Shown piece after piece: positions 10,236 to 21,428 of a stretch of DNA of 64,000 nucleotides; the first letter of the stretch is position 1; each line of letters begins with the position of its first letter. The position numbers were made by a program, and so were the translations under genes. Location of the stretch: NCBI GenBank assembly GCA_963668645.2, contig CAXXWC010000018.1, positions 96,001 to 160,000 of the forward strand. The letters run 5' to 3'. The stretch comes from Desulfobacterales bacterium (GTDB lineage Bacteria; Desulfobacterota; Desulfobacteria; Desulfobacterales; UBA2174). Below the pieces are notes generated by a model. The model was not told the DNA's origin, did not search any database, and saw only the letters and a program-made list of their open reading frames with translations.

Positions 10236-11363
10236 TTATCCCCGGGCCAGAAGATCGAAGATGTCGTCCCAGATCCGCTCGGCGGCATCGGGACGGCCGA
10301 AGCGGGACATGCGCCGGGCCATGGCCGCCAGGCGCTGCCGGTCGGCGGCATAGCCGGCCAGCCGTTCGGCAAGCAGGCCGGCGCTGAACTGCCCCTCGTC
10401 GATCACTTCAGCGGCCCGGCCTGCCGCCAGGGCCGCCACGTTGCGCGCCTGATGGTCGTCGGCGGCAAAGGGAAAGGGAACGAAAAGAGCCGGCAGTCCC
10501 ACGGCGGCCAATTCGGCCGCCGTGGTGGCCCCGGCGCGGCACACCGCCAAGTCCGCATCCGCGTAGCAGGCCGCCATGTCATTGAAAAATGGGGCTGTGC
10601 GGGCCTCGATGCCATGATCGCGATAAGCGGCGGCCACGGCCGCATGATCCGCACTGCCGGTCTGGTGAACGAAACGGTAGCCCTGCGGCGGTTTCAACTG
10701 CCCCAGGGCGCCGATTACTGCGGTGTTGATCGCCCGGGCCCCCTGGCTGCCGCCCAGGACCAGGACCCTCAGCGCCGGCTCCGGCGGCCGGCTTGCCCGC
10801 TGGTTGCGCACAGCGGCGATGGCCGCACGCACAGGATTGCCGGTCAGGCGTACCTTGGGGGCTGCTTTGCCCAAGTCGGTTCCGGGCCAGGTGATGTAGA
10901 TGCGCCGGGCAAAGCGGGCCGCGAGGCGGTTGGTGGCGCCGGCGACGATGTTCTGCTCGCAAAGCACCACCGGAATCCGCAAAAGCCATGCTGCCACGGC
11001 CATCGGTCCCGCGCTGTAGCCGCCCATGCCGATTACCACATCGGGCCGGTGGGCCCGAATCAGGCCCATGGCCCGGATCAACCCCAACGGCAGCCGGCCC
11101 AGGGCCAGGGCCTGGCGCCATGCGCCGCGGCCCTTGAGCCCTTCGACCGGCAGGACCCGATGGGCGAAACCGGCCCTGGCCAAGGCCCCGGTTTCCATGG
11201 GGCGGTTGGTGCCGGCGAACAGAATCCGCGCGTCGGAGTGCCGGTGGCGCAACGCCTCGGCAAGCGCGATGCCCGGAAACACGTGCCCGCCCGTGCCGCC
11301 TCCGGCGAAGATCACGGCCGGAGGGCGCGGGGCGAGTGAACGGTGGCGGGCATGCCGGCTCAT
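10236..11363 (-). CDS. murG: Lipid II GlcNAc transferase MurG
   Basis: GGGTGGHVFP, GGSQGA and RAGATT motifs; ATG overlaps the ftsW stop. Confidence 0.96.
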   Translation of the reverse strand: MSRHARHRSLAPRPPAVIFAGGGTGGHVFPGIALAEALRHRHSDARILFAGTNRPMETGALARAGFAHRVLPVEGLKGRGAWRQALALGRLPLGLIRAMGLIRAHRPDVVIGMGGYSAGPMAVAAWLLRIPVVLCEQNIVAGATNRLAARFARRIYITWPGTDLGKAAPKVRLTGNPVRAAIAAVRNQRASRPPEPALRVLVLGGSQGARAINTAVIGALGQLKPPQGYRFVHQTGSADHAAVAAAYRDHGIEARTAPFFNDMAACYADADLAVCRAGATTAAELAAVGLPALFVPFPFAADDHQARNVAALAAGRAAEVIDEGQFSAGLLAERLAGYAADRQRLAAMARRMSRFGRPDAAERIWDDIFDLLARG

Positions 11364-12475
11364 CGTTTGGCTCCGATATTCATCAAGACCCCCACCATGG
11401 CCATGCTCATCAATAAAGAGGTGCCGCCGTAGCTGAGAAACGGCAGGGTCAGGCCCTTGGTGGGCAGCAATCCCAGGCTGACGGCCATGTTGATGCAGAT
11501 CTGCAGCCCCAAGGCGGTGGTCAGGCCCAGGGCCAGGAGCATGGCAAAGGGGTCGGTCGCCTGGCGGGCAATGCTGAAACCGCGCCAGATGACCAGCCCG
11601 TAGAGGACCAGGATCGCTCCGACACCCACCAGACCGAGTTCTTCGCCGATCACCGCAAAGATAAAATCGGTGTGTGGCTCGGGCAGGTAAAAGAGCTTTT
11701 GTATCCCCTGGCCGAGCCCGCTGCCCAGGATCCGGCCGCTGCCGAAGGCCATCAGGGCATGGATGATCTGGTACCCGTCTCCCTGGGGATCCTTCCAGGG
11801 GTCGATAAAGACCATCAGCCGTTGAATCCGGTAAGGCTCCTGGATGGCCGTGTAGGCCAGCAGCGGCGCGGCGACGGCCAGGGCCAGGGCCAGGTGCCGA
11901 ATTTTCACCCCGCCCACGAAAAGCATGGTCCAGGTGATGGCCGCCAGGATGACCGCCGAGCCGAAGTCGGGCTGGAGCAGGACCAGCGTGCACATCAGCA
12001 TCAGTACGATGACGTGGGGCAAAAAGCCGATGGAAAACTCCTTGATGCGGGGCTGCTTGCGGCTCAGAGAGTAGGCCAGGTAGACCACCAGGGCGAAACG
12101 GGCCACCTCTGAAGGCTGGAAGTTGACCGGTCCCAGGCGCAGCCAGCGGGTCGAACCGCCGGCCGTGACCCCGTGGCCGCTGAACAGGACCGCCGCCAGA
12201 AGGATCAGGGCAAAAGCGAGCAAAGGATAGGCCAGGGGGCGCAGCAAGCGATAGGGCAGGTGGCGGCAGGCGACCAGGGCGCAGATGCCCAACCCGGCAA
12301 AGATGGCCTGTTTTTTGAGAAAATAGATATCGCTGCCGTAGCGTTTCAGGGCCACGGCCGAACTGGCGCTGTAGACCATCACTAGGCCGATCCCGACCAG
12401 AAAGAGGACCGCGAAGAGTAAAATCCCGTCATAGGCTGCCGGTGCGGTCGATTTTTTGGGAGGGGTTCGGTTCAT
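11360..12475 (-). CDS. ftsW: SEDS peptidoglycan polymerase FtsW
   Basis: FQPSE, LPEPHTDFIFAVIGEELG and LPFLSYGGTS motifs. Confidence 0.96.
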   Translation of the reverse strand: MNRTPPKKSTAPAAYDGILLFAVLFLVGIGLVMVYSASSAVALKRYGSDIYFLKKQAIFAGLGICALVACRHLPYRLLRPLAYPLLAFALILLAAVLFSGHGVTAGGSTRWLRLGPVNFQPSEVARFALVVYLAYSLSRKQPRIKEFSIGFLPHVIVLMLMCTLVLLQPDFGSAVILAAITWTMLFVGGVKIRHLALALAVAAPLLAYTAIQEPYRIQRLMVFIDPWKDPQGDGYQIIHALMAFGSGRILGSGLGQGIQKLFYLPEPHTDFIFAVIGEELGLVGVGAILVLYGLVIWRGFSIARQATDPFAMLLALGLTTALGLQICINMAVSLGLLPTKGLTLPFLSYGGTSLLMSMAMVGVLMNIGAKR

Positions 12476-13845
12476 CGTTCCAATTTTCCTACCGCCGCGG
12501 CAAAGACCCGGCCCCGGTGGGCGTAGTCGCTGAACATGTCGAAGCTGCTGCAGGCCGGAGACAGCAGCACCACATCCCCGCGGCGGGCGCTGGCGCGGGC
12601 CAGGGCCACGGCCTGGTGCATGTCGGCGGCGTGCACCGCACCCTGTTGGCAGCAGGGGCCGAGCTGCGCGGCGATGGTGTCGGCTGCTTCCCCCAGCACG
12701 ATCAGGCGCCGTACTTTGCCGTTCACGGCGCTTTTCAAGGCGTCGTAGCCCCCGCCCTTGTCTTTTCCTCCGGCAATGAGCACCACCGGGCATTGGAAGG
12801 CCGCCAGGGCCTGGCAGACCGCATCGACGTTGGTCGCCTTGGAATCGTCCACGTAGCGCACCCCGTCGATTTCGGCTACCGGCGTCAGGCGGTGGGACAG
12901 TGGGGCAAATGCGGCCAGGGCCGCGGCGATGCCGGCTGGATCGGCGCCGGCGCTCAGGGCGGCCAGGGCCGCGGCCGCGGCATTGGCCCGGTTGTGGGGG
13001 CCGATCAGGCGCAGGGGCGAAAGATCGATGCGCAGGCCGTTGTATTTGTCTTGCAGGCCGCTGAAACCATTCAAAACCAGATGGGATCCTTGCATGTCGG
13101 CGCCGGGTGCGCCCGGCGGCCGTCCGGAAAACCAGACCCGGGTGGCCGCAATGGCCTCGGCCATGGCCCGCACCATCGGATCGGCGCCGTTCAGGACGGC
13201 GGTGTCGGCGCTGGTCTGGCGTTTGAAAATGCGCGTCTTGGCGCGTGCATAGGCCTGAAAGTCGTCGTAACGATCAAGATGGTCGGGGCTGATGTTGAGC
13301 AGCACCGCCACGCCGGGATGGAAGGCATCGGCGGTGTCGAGCTGAAAGCTGCTCACCTCAACGACCACTACGTCCACGGTGCGGCCGCTGTGGACAAGAC
13401 CGATGAGCGGCTCCCCGATGTTGCCCCCCACGAAGACGCGTTTTTGCGATGCGCTGAGCATCTCGGCGATCAGCCGGGTAACGGTGGTCTTGCCATTGGT
13501 GCCGGTCACGGCCACCATCGGCGCCCGTAAATAGCGCGATGCCAGCTCCAACTCGCCGATGACCGGCACGCCGCGGCGCCGGGCCGCTTCCAGGGGGGCG
13601 ATGGTATGGGGCACTCCCGGGCTGAGCACCACCAGGTCGGCGTCCATAAAGGTCTCGCTGTGATGTCCACCCAGCTCCAGGCTGACCCCCTGGGCGGCCA
13701 GTTTGGCCGGTACGTCGCCAAGAGATGCGGCCGGGGCCTGGTCGCTGAGCGTCACCCGGGCCCCGCGGCTTCGGGCGAAGCGGGCCGTTGCCGCACCGGA
13801 TCGGGCCGCCCCCACCACCACGATATGTTTGCCGCTCAATTCCAC
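12472..13845 (-). CDS. murD: UDP-MurNAc-L-Ala--D-glutamate ligase
   Basis: GTNGKTT, EVSSFQL, DSKATN and LLSPACSSFD motifs; GTG start inferred from an AAGGA RBS. Confidence 0.96.
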   Translation of the reverse strand: MELSGKHIVVVGAARSGAATARFARSRGARVTLSDQAPAASLGDVPAKLAAQGVSLELGGHHSETFMDADLVVLSPGVPHTIAPLEAARRRGVPVIGELELASRYLRAPMVAVTGTNGKTTVTRLIAEMLSASQKRVFVGGNIGEPLIGLVHSGRTVDVVVVEVSSFQLDTADAFHPGVAVLLNISPDHLDRYDDFQAYARAKTRIFKRQTSADTAVLNGADPMVRAMAEAIAATRVWFSGRPPGAPGADMQGSHLVLNGFSGLQDKYNGLRIDLSPLRLIGPHNRANAAAAALAALSAGADPAGIAAALAAFAPLSHRLTPVAEIDGVRYVDDSKATNVDAVCQALAAFQCPVVLIAGGKDKGGGYDALKSAVNGKVRRLIVLGEAADTIAAQLGPCCQQGAVHAADMHQAVALARASARRGDVVLLSPACSSFDMFSDYAHRGRVFAAAVGKLER

Positions 13846-13868
13846 CTGCTGCCGATCCTTTGGCGCCT

Positions 13869-14948
13869 TTAGCGCAGTTTCAGGGTGCTCAGGGACATCA
13901 GGGCCAGGGCGATGGCGATGATCCAAAATCGTATGATGACCTTCGGCTCCGGCCATCCCTTGAGTTCGAAGTGATGATGGAGCGGTGCCATGCGAAAGAT
14001 CCGCCGGCCGCGGGTGGCTTTGAAAAATCCCACCTGAAAGATTACCGACAAGGCTTCGATGACAAACAACCCGCCCACCAGCACCAGCAGAATCTCCTGT
14101 TTGGTGATCACGGCTACCGTGCCGAGGGCGGCCCCCAGCGACAGGGAGCCCACGTCCCCCATGAAGATCTGCGCCGGGTAGCTGTTGAACCAGAGAAATC
14201 CGAGGCCCGCACCGGCCACCGCTCCGCAAAAGACCGTGATTTCCCCGCTTCCCGGCACGTAGTTGATCTGCAAGTATTCGGCGATGCGCACATGGCCGGC
14301 CACATAGGCAAAAAACATGTAGGTGGCCGCGGCGATGATCGTCGGCCCGATGGCCAAGCCGTCCAGGCCGTCGGTGAGATTGACGGCGTTGGAGGTGGCC
14401 GTGATGACCAGGGCCGCAAAAAGGACATAGCCCCAGCCCAGGTCAGGGCTGAACTGCTTGAAGAACGGAATACTCAAGTGGCTGGAAAACTCCGGGCAGA
14501 TGAAGATCAAAAGCCCCACCAGCAGCGAGAAGAGCACCTGCAAGGTGAACTTGCCGCGAACGGTGAGCCCCAGGCTGCGCTTTTTGATTTGCATCAGGTA
14601 ATCGTCGGCAAAACCGATCAGCCCGAATCCGAAGCAGCTCAGCAGGGCGATCCAGACGAACGGATTGGCCAAGTTGCCCCAGATCAGGGTCGAGGTGATG
14701 ATGGCGAAGATGATCAGGGTGCCGCCCATGGTGGGGGTGCCGGCCTTTTGGTGGTGGCTCTGGGGGCCGCTTTCCCGGATATACTGGCCGATTTGAAGGG
14801 CGCTCATGCGCCGGATGATCCAGGGGCCGAGGAAAAAACAGATCAAAAAAGCCGTCAGGCTGGCATAGATCGTCCGAAACGTGATGTAGCGAAAGACGTT
14901 GAAAACCGAGAAGGTCGTATGCAGTGGATATAGGAAATGGTAAAGCAT
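13869..14948 (-). CDS. mraY: Phospho-MurNAc-pentapeptide transferase
   Basis: [25 protein letters not shown] and MAPLHHHFE motifs. Confidence 0.98.
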   Translation of the reverse strand: MLYHFLYPLHTTFSVFNVFRYITFRTIYASLTAFLICFFLGPWIIRRMSALQIGQYIRESGPQSHHQKAGTPTMGGTLIIFAIITSTLIWGNLANPFVWIALLSCFGFGLIGFADDYLMQIKKRSLGLTVRGKFTLQVLFSLLVGLLIFICPEFSSHLSIPFFKQFSPDLGWGYVLFAALVITATSNAVNLTDGLDGLAIGPTIIAAATYMFFAYVAGHVRIAEYLQINYVPGSGEITVFCGAVAGAGLGFLWFNSYPAQIFMGDVGSLSLGAALGTVAVITKQEILLVLVGGLFVIEALSVIFQVGFFKATRGRRIFRMAPLHHHFELKGWPEPKVIIRFWIIAIALALMSLSTLKLR

Positions 14949-14955
14949 GGACGTC

Positions 14956-16404
14956 TTACCCTTGCAGGCGCGCTTTTAGCGCCGCCACCACGGTTTCCAT
15001 GGCCATGGCCCGGGATCCTTTGACCAGCACCAAGTCCCCGGGGGCCAGCCATTGGTCCAGATCCGTGACGATTTCGTTCTTGCCGGCCACCGTGATCCGA
15101 TGGGGGGGCATACCGGCCTCGCGGGCGCCAGCGGCCACCTCGGCGGCCATTTCACCGGTTATCCAGAGCCGGTCGATGCCGGCTGCCGCAGCCTGTTCGC
15201 CTGTCCGGCGATGGAGGGCGCCGGCCGCCGGGCCGAGCTCGCGCATGTCTCCCAGGACCAGTGCGGTGCGTCCCTGCTCGCGGCGCTGGGCCTCCAGGGC
15301 CCCGATGGCCGCGGCCACCGATGCAGGGTTGGCATTGTAAGTATCGTCGATCAGGGCAACGCCCCGGCCGGTTTCCAGGCGCACCATGCGCCCGGGCACC
15401 GGTTGGAAGCTTTCCAGGGCCGCGCCGATCTCCTCGATTTCAAGGCCGGCATGCCAGCCCACCGCTGCTGCCGCCAAGGCGTTGGCCACCATGAAAGGGG
15501 CGGCCATCGGCAAGCACACCGCTGTGCGTTGCCCGGGCAGGACCAGCTCGAAGTGCAGACCGCCGGTTGCGATGGCGATCTTTTCGGCCCGTACCGTTGC
15601 CTTGGCCGAAGTCCCGAAGAGCAGCGGCGGTGCGGAGGCCCGTGCGGCCAACTGCATTACCAGCGGATCGTCGGCGTTGAGCACCGCCAGGCCGCCTGGG
15701 CCGAGGCGGTCGAGGAGTTCGCCCTTGGCGTCGCGCACTGCTTCAAGAGAACCGAGGCCTTCCAGATGGGCCGGGCCGATGTTGGTGATAACCCCCAGAT
15801 CCGGCCGGCAGATCCAGGCCAGGCGATCGATTTCACCCGGCCGGTTCATGCCGATTTCAAAGACGGCCCAGCGGTGGGCCGGGGTAAGAGCGAAGAGGCT
15901 CAGCGGCAGACCGACGGCGTTGTTGAAATTGCCCCGGGTGGAGACCACCGGATAACGCCGGGCCAGCACGGCGGCGGTCAGGGCCCGTGTGGTGGTCTTG
16001 CCGTTGGAGCCGGTGATGGCCGCCACCCGGGCCGGATGGCGGTCGCGATGAAAGCGGGCCAGCCGTCCCAAGGCGGCCAGGGTGTCGTCCACCGCCAGAC
16101 AAAAAACGCCGGTTCTGGACCAGGCGCCGGTGGGAAGCGCATCGAGCCGGTCGCGTGCCACGATCAGACCGCGGGCGCCGGCGGCGACCACCTGGGGTGC
16201 GAAACGGTGCCCGTCGTGGATCTCGCCCTGAATGGCGACAAAGACCTGCTCGGTGCCCAGGGTGCGCGAATCGATGCCGATGCCGCTGAATCCAAGGCCC
16301 GGATCACCACAGATCCGCTGCCCGCCGGTGGCATCCAGCAGGTCCTGGCCCGTCCACGGGTCAAGGCGCCGGGCCGTGCCCGTGGTGGCGGTGGGAGCGC
16401 TCAT
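14956..16404 (-). CDS. murF: UDP-MurNAc-tripeptide--D-Ala-D-Ala ligase
   Basis: [23 protein letters not shown] and LVKGSR motifs. Confidence 0.96.
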   Translation of the reverse strand: MSAPTATTGTARRLDPWTGQDLLDATGGQRICGDPGLGFSGIGIDSRTLGTEQVFVAIQGEIHDGHRFAPQVVAAGARGLIVARDRLDALPTGAWSRTGVFCLAVDDTLAALGRLARFHRDRHPARVAAITGSNGKTTTRALTAAVLARRYPVVSTRGNFNNAVGLPLSLFALTPAHRWAVFEIGMNRPGEIDRLAWICRPDLGVITNIGPAHLEGLGSLEAVRDAKGELLDRLGPGGLAVLNADDPLVMQLAARASAPPLLFGTSAKATVRAEKIAIATGGLHFELVLPGQRTAVCLPMAAPFMVANALAAAAVGWHAGLEIEEIGAALESFQPVPGRMVRLETGRGVALIDDTYNANPASVAAAIGALEAQRREQGRTALVLGDMRELGPAAGALHRRTGEQAAAAGIDRLWITGEMAAEVAAGAREAGMPPHRITVAGKNEIVTDLDQWLAPGDLVLVKGSRAMAMETVVAALKARLQG

Positions 16405-17903
16405 AGCAGTCTCCCATCCTGGGTGAGGGGGGGGGCGGCCAGCGCGAGGCGTACCGCCTGGCAATCGTCGAAGTCGATGATGCGGTCGGCCAGGACCTGG
16501 TAGTTTTCGTGCCCCTTGCCGGCGATCAGCACCGTGTCGTCCTTGCGGGAAAGGGCCAGGGCGCGGCGGATCGCCGCGGCCCGATCTGGCTCGACCTGGA
16601 AGGCCGGGGCCGCTTGATTGCGCCGCAGGCCGGGCAGGATGTCATCGATGATTTGCATGGGCGGTTCGCTGCGCGGATTATCCGAGGTGACCACCGCCAG
16701 ATCGCTGAGCCGGCCGGCGATTTCGCCCATCAGGGGCCGCTTGCTCCGGTCCCGGTCCCCGCCGCAGCCGAAGACGCAGATCAGCCGTCCGGCCGTAAGC
16801 GGGCGCAGGGCCGACAAGGCATGCTCAAGGGCGTCCGGGGTATGGGCGTAGTCCACATAGATGTGGCGGTCGGTGGGACCGGGGACCTCTTCCAGGCGTC
16901 CCGGCACCCGCCGGAGGGAATCGATCCCCCGGCCGATGGCCTGGGCCGATGCGCCGGCGGCAATGCCGCAGCCCACCGCCGCCATGATGTTGTCCAGGTT
17001 GTGGCGCCCCACCAGGGCAGAGTCGATGTCGATGGGGCCCTGCGGAGTCGCCAGGCGAGCCTTGATGCCGTTGATGGTCGCCTTCCAGGTCTCGGGGTGG
17101 ATCAGGCCTTGCCGATCCGTGCTGCAGGTCAGACAGGCCAGGGTCAGGTCCCCGGCGAGCTCACGGCCGTGCGCATCGTCCAGGTTGACCACTGCGGCGG
17201 CCTGATGCGCCTTGGATCCCCGGGGCAGATGTTCGGTGAACAGCCGCCGCTTGCAGCTCCAGTAGGCCGCCATGTCCTTGTGGTAGTCGAGGTGGTCCTG
17301 GGTCAGGTTGGTAAAGATGCCGACGTTGAAGTCGATCCCTTCGACCCGGTGTTGGTCCAGGGCATGGGAGGAGACTTCCATAACCACATGGGTGATCCCG
17401 GCGTCGCGCATTTCGGCCAGAATCCGCTGCAAATCGAGGGATTCGGGAGTGGTTACCCGGTTGGTGAATTTGCGGCCGGCATAGTGGTAATCGATGGTGC
17501 CGACCACGCCGACCCGGTGGCCGGCGGCGGTCAGGACGGCTTCTGCCAGATAGGAGGTGGTGGTCTTGCCGTTGGTGCCGGTGATTCCGGCCACAAAGAG
17601 GCCGGCCGAAGGCCACCGGTAAAAGGCCGCCGCCGCCTGGGCCAGGCTGCGGCGCACATCAGGGCTTTGCAGCACCGGCACCGGGGCCGTGACCGGCCGC
17701 TCCACCAGCAGGGCTGCGGCGCCGCGGGCCAAGGCGTCGGCGACAAAATCGTGGCCGTCGACCCGGGTCCCGGGCACCGCGGCAAACAAGGCGCCCTCAA
17801 CCACCCGGCGCGAGTCGTAACAGACCGCGCTTACCTGCGGGTCGGCGCCGGGCGGGAACCGCACGGCGGGGTCGGCGTTTTGAAACAGTTGGGAGAGTCT
17901 CAT
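16401..17903 (-). CDS. murE: UDP-MurNAc-dipeptide--meso-DAP ligase
   Basis: GTNGKTT, DYAHTPD and DNPR (meso-DAP specificity) motifs. Confidence 0.97.
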   Translation of the reverse strand: MRLSQLFQNADPAVRFPPGADPQVSAVCYDSRRVVEGALFAAVPGTRVDGHDFVADALARGAAALLVERPVTAPVPVLQSPDVRRSLAQAAAAFYRWPSAGLFVAGITGTNGKTTTSYLAEAVLTAAGHRVGVVGTIDYHYAGRKFTNRVTTPESLDLQRILAEMRDAGITHVVMEVSSHALDQHRVEGIDFNVGIFTNLTQDHLDYHKDMAAYWSCKRRLFTEHLPRGSKAHQAAAVVNLDDAHGRELAGDLTLACLTCSTDRQGLIHPETWKATINGIKARLATPQGPIDIDSALVGRHNLDNIMAAVGCGIAAGASAQAIGRGIDSLRRVPGRLEEVPGPTDRHIYVDYAHTPDALEHALSALRPLTAGRLICVFGCGGDRDRSKRPLMGEIAGRLSDLAVVTSDNPRSEPPMQIIDDILPGLRRNQAAPAFQVEPDRAAAIRRALALSRKDDTVLIAGKGHENYQVLADRIIDFDDCQAVRLALAAPPLTQDGRLL

Positions 17904-19645
17904 CCGGTCATCTCAACCTGGCGGGCCAGGATCAGGGTGTCGGGTTCGGTTTTCGGCGGAACATTGAGGAAGTTGAGCGTTTTCTGGCAGATCTCCTTGA
18001 AAACCGGTGCGGCCACGGTTCCCCCGTAATGGCCGCGGCGCGGCTCATCGATGACCACCAGGACCACGATGCGCGGTTTTTCCAGCGGCGCCAGGCCGAT
18101 AAAGGAGGAGACGTAACGGTCGCGGTCATAGCCGCCGCCCGGTTTGACCTTATGGGCCGTGCCGGTCTTGCCGCCGGCCTGGTAGTCCTGGAGCGCCGCT
18201 TTGGTGGCGGTGCCGCCCGATTCGAGGACCCCGGCGAGCATGGTCCGGACCTTGCGCGCGCTGGCGGCCGAAACCACCTGCCGGATCGGACGGGGTTGGG
18301 TCTGGTGGATGATCCGGCCGCGAGGGTTGCGAATCTCCTTGATCAGGTACGGCTGCATCATGACCCCGTCGTTGGCGATGGCGCCCATGGCGGTGGCCAA
18401 TTGCAGGGCCGACAGGCTCAGTCCGTGACCGAAGGCGATGGCCCCGGCGTCCACGGTGGTCCAGCGCTGGTAGGGCGAAAGGCTGCCGGCGGTTTCCCCG
18501 GGGAAGTCGAAGCCGGTGCGATCACCGAACCCGAAGCGGCGCAAGGCGGCGTGAAAATTGGCCCGCCCCAGCCCCTCGCCGATCTTGACGGCACCGATGT
18601 TGCTCGAATACTTGATCACCTCGGCCATGGTGAGCCAGGCATGGGGCTTGGTGTCGTGCACCACATGGTTGGCGAGGCGGTATTTGCCGTTTTCGCAGAA
18701 AAAGCGGCTCTCGGGCGTGTAGGCGCCGGATTCCAGGGCTGCGGCCGCGATGAACACCTTCATCGTGGAGCCGGGTTCGAAGGCATCGGTGATGCACCGG
18801 TTGCGCCATTGCCGGGCTGAATAGTCGGGGTAATTGTTCGGGTTGAAGGTCGGCACCTGGGCCATGGCCATAACGGCGCCGGTGGACGGATCGAGCACCA
18901 GCGCCATGCCGGATTTGGCCTCATGGTCGATGACGGCCTGGTTCAAGGCGGTTTCGCTGATGTGCTGGATGGTGGCGTTGAGGGTCAGCATCACGTCATT
19001 GCCCACCGGTACTTGAGCGGCTAGCGAACCGGTACCGAAGCGGCGGCCCAAGGCGTCGCGCATGACCTGGTGGGCCTGGGTTTCGGTGTTGAGGTCGGCT
19101 TCGCAGTGGTGTTCGATGCCCTCCAATCCTTTGCCGTCGACGCCGCAAAATCCGAGCACTTGGCCGGCCAGGTGCTTGTTGGGATAATACCGGTTGTATT
19201 CACGGTGAAAGGTGAGCCCTTTCAGGTTTAGGGCTTCGATCCTGCCGGCCTGGTCCGGCGGGACCTGGCGTTTGACCCAGACAAAGCGCTTATCGGTGTC
19301 GAGCAGACCGGTCAGATCGGCGGCCTTGATCCCCAAAACGGCGGCCACCTGTTTGGCGGTTTGCTTTTTATCCGAAATCTGCCAGGGATGGGCACCGATG
19401 GAGGCAACCTCGAGGCTGACCGCCAAAGGGCGGCCCTCGGCGTCCCGGATCATGCCCCGCTGCGCGCCGATATAGACCGAGGTTTGATACTGGCCGGCGG
19501 CCCGGGAGGCCAGGTCGGGGGCGCAAAAGACCTGAACGTGGACGGCGCGGGCCGCGATGATCAGCAGCAGAGCATGGAACCCGACGCCGACAAGCCAAAC
19601 GCGCAGGCGAACAAATTTGTCCGGTTTGTCCGGCGATTTTGTCAT
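17900..19645 (-). CDS. ftsI: Penicillin-binding protein 3 (FtsI)
   Basis: EPGSTMK (SxxK), SSN and KTG motifs; ATG overlaps the ftsL stop. Confidence 0.95.
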   Translation of the reverse strand: MTKSPDKPDKFVRLRVWLVGVGFHALLLIIAARAVHVQVFCAPDLASRAAGQYQTSVYIGAQRGMIRDAEGRPLAVSLEVASIGAHPWQISDKKQTAKQVAAVLGIKAADLTGLLDTDKRFVWVKRQVPPDQAGRIEALNLKGLTFHREYNRYYPNKHLAGQVLGFCGVDGKGLEGIEHHCEADLNTETQAHQVMRDALGRRFGTGSLAAQVPVGNDVMLTLNATIQHISETALNQAVIDHEAKSGMALVLDPSTGAVMAMAQVPTFNPNNYPDYSARQWRNRCITDAFEPGSTMKVFIAAAALESGAYTPESRFFCENGKYRLANHVVHDTKPHAWLTMAEVIKYSSNIGAVKIGEGLGRANFHAALRRFGFGDRTGFDFPGETAGSLSPYQRWTTVDAGAIAFGHGLSLSALQLATAMGAIANDGVMMQPYLIKEIRNPRGRIIHQTQPRPIRQVVSAASARKVRTMLAGVLESGGTATKAALQDYQAGGKTGTAHKVKPGGGYDRDRYVSSFIGLAPLEKPRIVVLVVIDEPRRGHYGGTVAAPVFKEICQKTLNFLNVPPKTEPDTLILARQVEMTG

Positions 19646-19920
19646 GGCAGCCTCCTGATCTGTTCCGGAGTGGGACGCTGCAGCCCGAGACGCCGGGCCG
19701 CTTCGGCTTCGATCCGTTGCGGCATGCGCAGGCTGGCCAGTTCCGTCTGGAGCTGCTGCTCGGTTTTCTTCAGCTGTTGGTGAGCGATTCCGGCCCGCTC
19801 CAGGCCGTAACTGACGCTGCGGCATTGCACCTGAAACCAGGTATAGACAAACAGCTCGAGGACCAGCACGAGAAGGACCGCCATTTTCCAGACGGTGCGA
19901 TTGTCCAAAATCCTCGTCAT
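19642..19920 (-). CDS. ftsL: Cell division protein FtsL
   Basis: 92 aa with one TM helix and a coiled coil; lies between rsmH and ftsI. Confidence 0.8.
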   Translation of the reverse strand: MTRILDNRTVWKMAVLLVLVLELFVYTWFQVQCRSVSYGLERAGIAHQQLKKTEQQLQTELASLRMPQRIEAEAARRLGLQRPTPEQIRRLP

Positions 19921-20861
19921 GGGGTCGCCAGCCTTTCCACGGCCCGCAAATGGGTGCTGCGGGCCAGAGGATTGGCGGATACTTCCGCCGGGTCCGGGCG
20001 CTGCGGTTTACGGGTCACCAGCCGTACCTGCGGTATCCGCCCGCAGACACAGCGGGGAAGGCGGGGCGGACACTGGCAGGGGTTGGCCAGAAGTTTGAAC
20101 TGCTGTTTGACGATGCGATCCTCCAGGGAATGGAAGGTCAGCACCACCAGCCGCCCGCCGGGCCGCAGCAGTCCGGGAGCTGTCTTCAGGAACATCTCAA
20201 GGCATTCCAGTTCCCGGTTAACCGCGATGCGCAAGGCCATAAAGACCCGGGTGGCCGGGTGGATGCGCCTCCCCGAGGCCCGGGGCCGGCTTCCGGCCAC
20301 CAGCCGGGCGAGCTGGCCGCTGGTGGTAATGGGTGTAAGCCGGCGTACGGCCACGATCTTGCGGGCGATGCGACGGGCGTGAGGTTCTTCGCCGAATTCA
20401 TACAGGAGGCGACTCAGCTCCTCTTCGGACAAGGACTGGAGCAACTCGGCGGCCGTCGGGCCCTGGCTTGGATCCATGCGCATATCCAGGGGCTCATCGC
20501 GCTGAAAGCTGAAACCCCGGCCGCTGCCCTCCAGATGGTGCAGCGACAGTCCCAAATCGGCCAGAATGCCGTCGAGGCCCTGGATGCCGAGTTCGGCCAA
20601 GGTTTCGGGCAAGCGGACAAAGTTGCGTTGAAACAGGTGAACCCGTTGGCCCCAGGGCGCCAGTGCCTGCCTGGCGTTGGCGATGGCATCCGGATCCTGG
20701 TCGAGGCCGATCAATATACCCTCCGGGGCGGTAAGCGCCAGGATTCGACGCGCGTGGCCCGAAGCGCCGAGGGTGCAGTCGGCCACGGTCCGCCCCGGAG
20801 CCAGGTTCAGGGCTTCCATTGCTTGCTCGGGCATGGCCGATGGATGGCGGTACGGCATCAT
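19917..20861 (-). CDS. rsmH: 16S rRNA m4C1402 methyltransferase
   Basis: DCTLGASGH, RGFSFQRDEPLDMRM, HPATRVF and FHSLEDR motifs. Confidence 0.96.
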   Translation of the reverse strand: MMPYRHPSAMPEQAMEALNLAPGRTVADCTLGASGHARRILALTAPEGILIGLDQDPDAIANARQALAPWGQRVHLFQRNFVRLPETLAELGIQGLDGILADLGLSLHHLEGSGRGFSFQRDEPLDMRMDPSQGPTAAELLQSLSEEELSRLLYEFGEEPHARRIARKIVAVRRLTPITTSGQLARLVAGSRPRASGRRIHPATRVFMALRIAVNRELECLEMFLKTAPGLLRPGGRLVVLTFHSLEDRIVKQQFKLLANPCQCPPRLPRCVCGRIPQVRLVTRKPQRPDPAEVSANPLARSTHLRAVERLATP

Positions 20862-21307
20862 CAAAGCCCCAACCGCGCGATTTCGCTGCGAACCTCCTCG
20901 CTTTGCATGTCTTCTTCCAGGGCCTGGTTTTCACGCTCCCAGTTTTCCCGGCTCCAGATTTCGAAGTGGTCCAGGACCCCGGCCAATACGATGTCGCGTT
21001 CCAGGCAGGCGTATTCCCTCAGGGAAGGCGGCACCAGAATCCGTTCCTGGCGGTCACAGGGACATATAAAAGCGCCACCGATGAAAACACGCCGGAAACG
21101 GCGCATCGAAACACTCTTTTCAGCCAAGGAGAGAATTCGGGTTTCGATCTTGCGCCATTCATCAAGGGAATAGGCCACCAGGGCGCCGTCCATACGCGAG
21201 AGCATCACCGCGTCGGTGCCGCTGGCCTTGATGATGTCGCGGAACCGCGCCGGAACGATGATGCGCCCTTTGGCATCGATGGTATGATAGGAACTACCAC
21301 GGAACAT
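20861..21307 (-). CDS. mraZ: dcw transcriptional repressor MraZ
   Basis: MFRGSSYHTIDAKGR, DRQERILVP and FEIWS motifs. Confidence 0.96.
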   Translation of the reverse strand: MFRGSSYHTIDAKGRIIVPARFRDIIKASGTDAVMLSRMDGALVAYSLDEWRKIETRILSLAEKSVSMRRFRRVFIGGAFICPCDRQERILVPPSLREYACLERDIVLAGVLDHFEIWSRENWERENQALEEDMQSEEVRSEIARLGL

Positions 21308-21315
21308 AACCTTGC

Positions 21316-21369
21316 ACCCACAATCCTCCACTTTTTGAAAATAAAAGACCAAAAGGCCGTTTCTGTCAA
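21316..21369 (-). promoter_or_regulatory. Putative sigma70 promoter of the dcw operon with two MraZ boxes
   Basis: Minus-strand TTGACA (21369-21364)-N17-TTTTAT, followed by GTGGAG and GTGGGT at 10-bp spacing (21331-21316). Confidence 0.65.
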
Positions 21370-21428
21370 GGGAAAAATGTAAAGTCGTTCAGAAGATTTT
21401 CATAGTAATTAACATAATTTACTCTTTC

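Noticed and set aside
9159..11339. 726-aa plus-strand ORF, and similar long antisense ORFs at 15052-16503, 16509-18029, 38419-40233, 45942-48008, 48123-50432 and 53301-55418
   Set aside because: Antisense shadows of well-supported genes caused by high-GC codon bias; no recognisable motifs.
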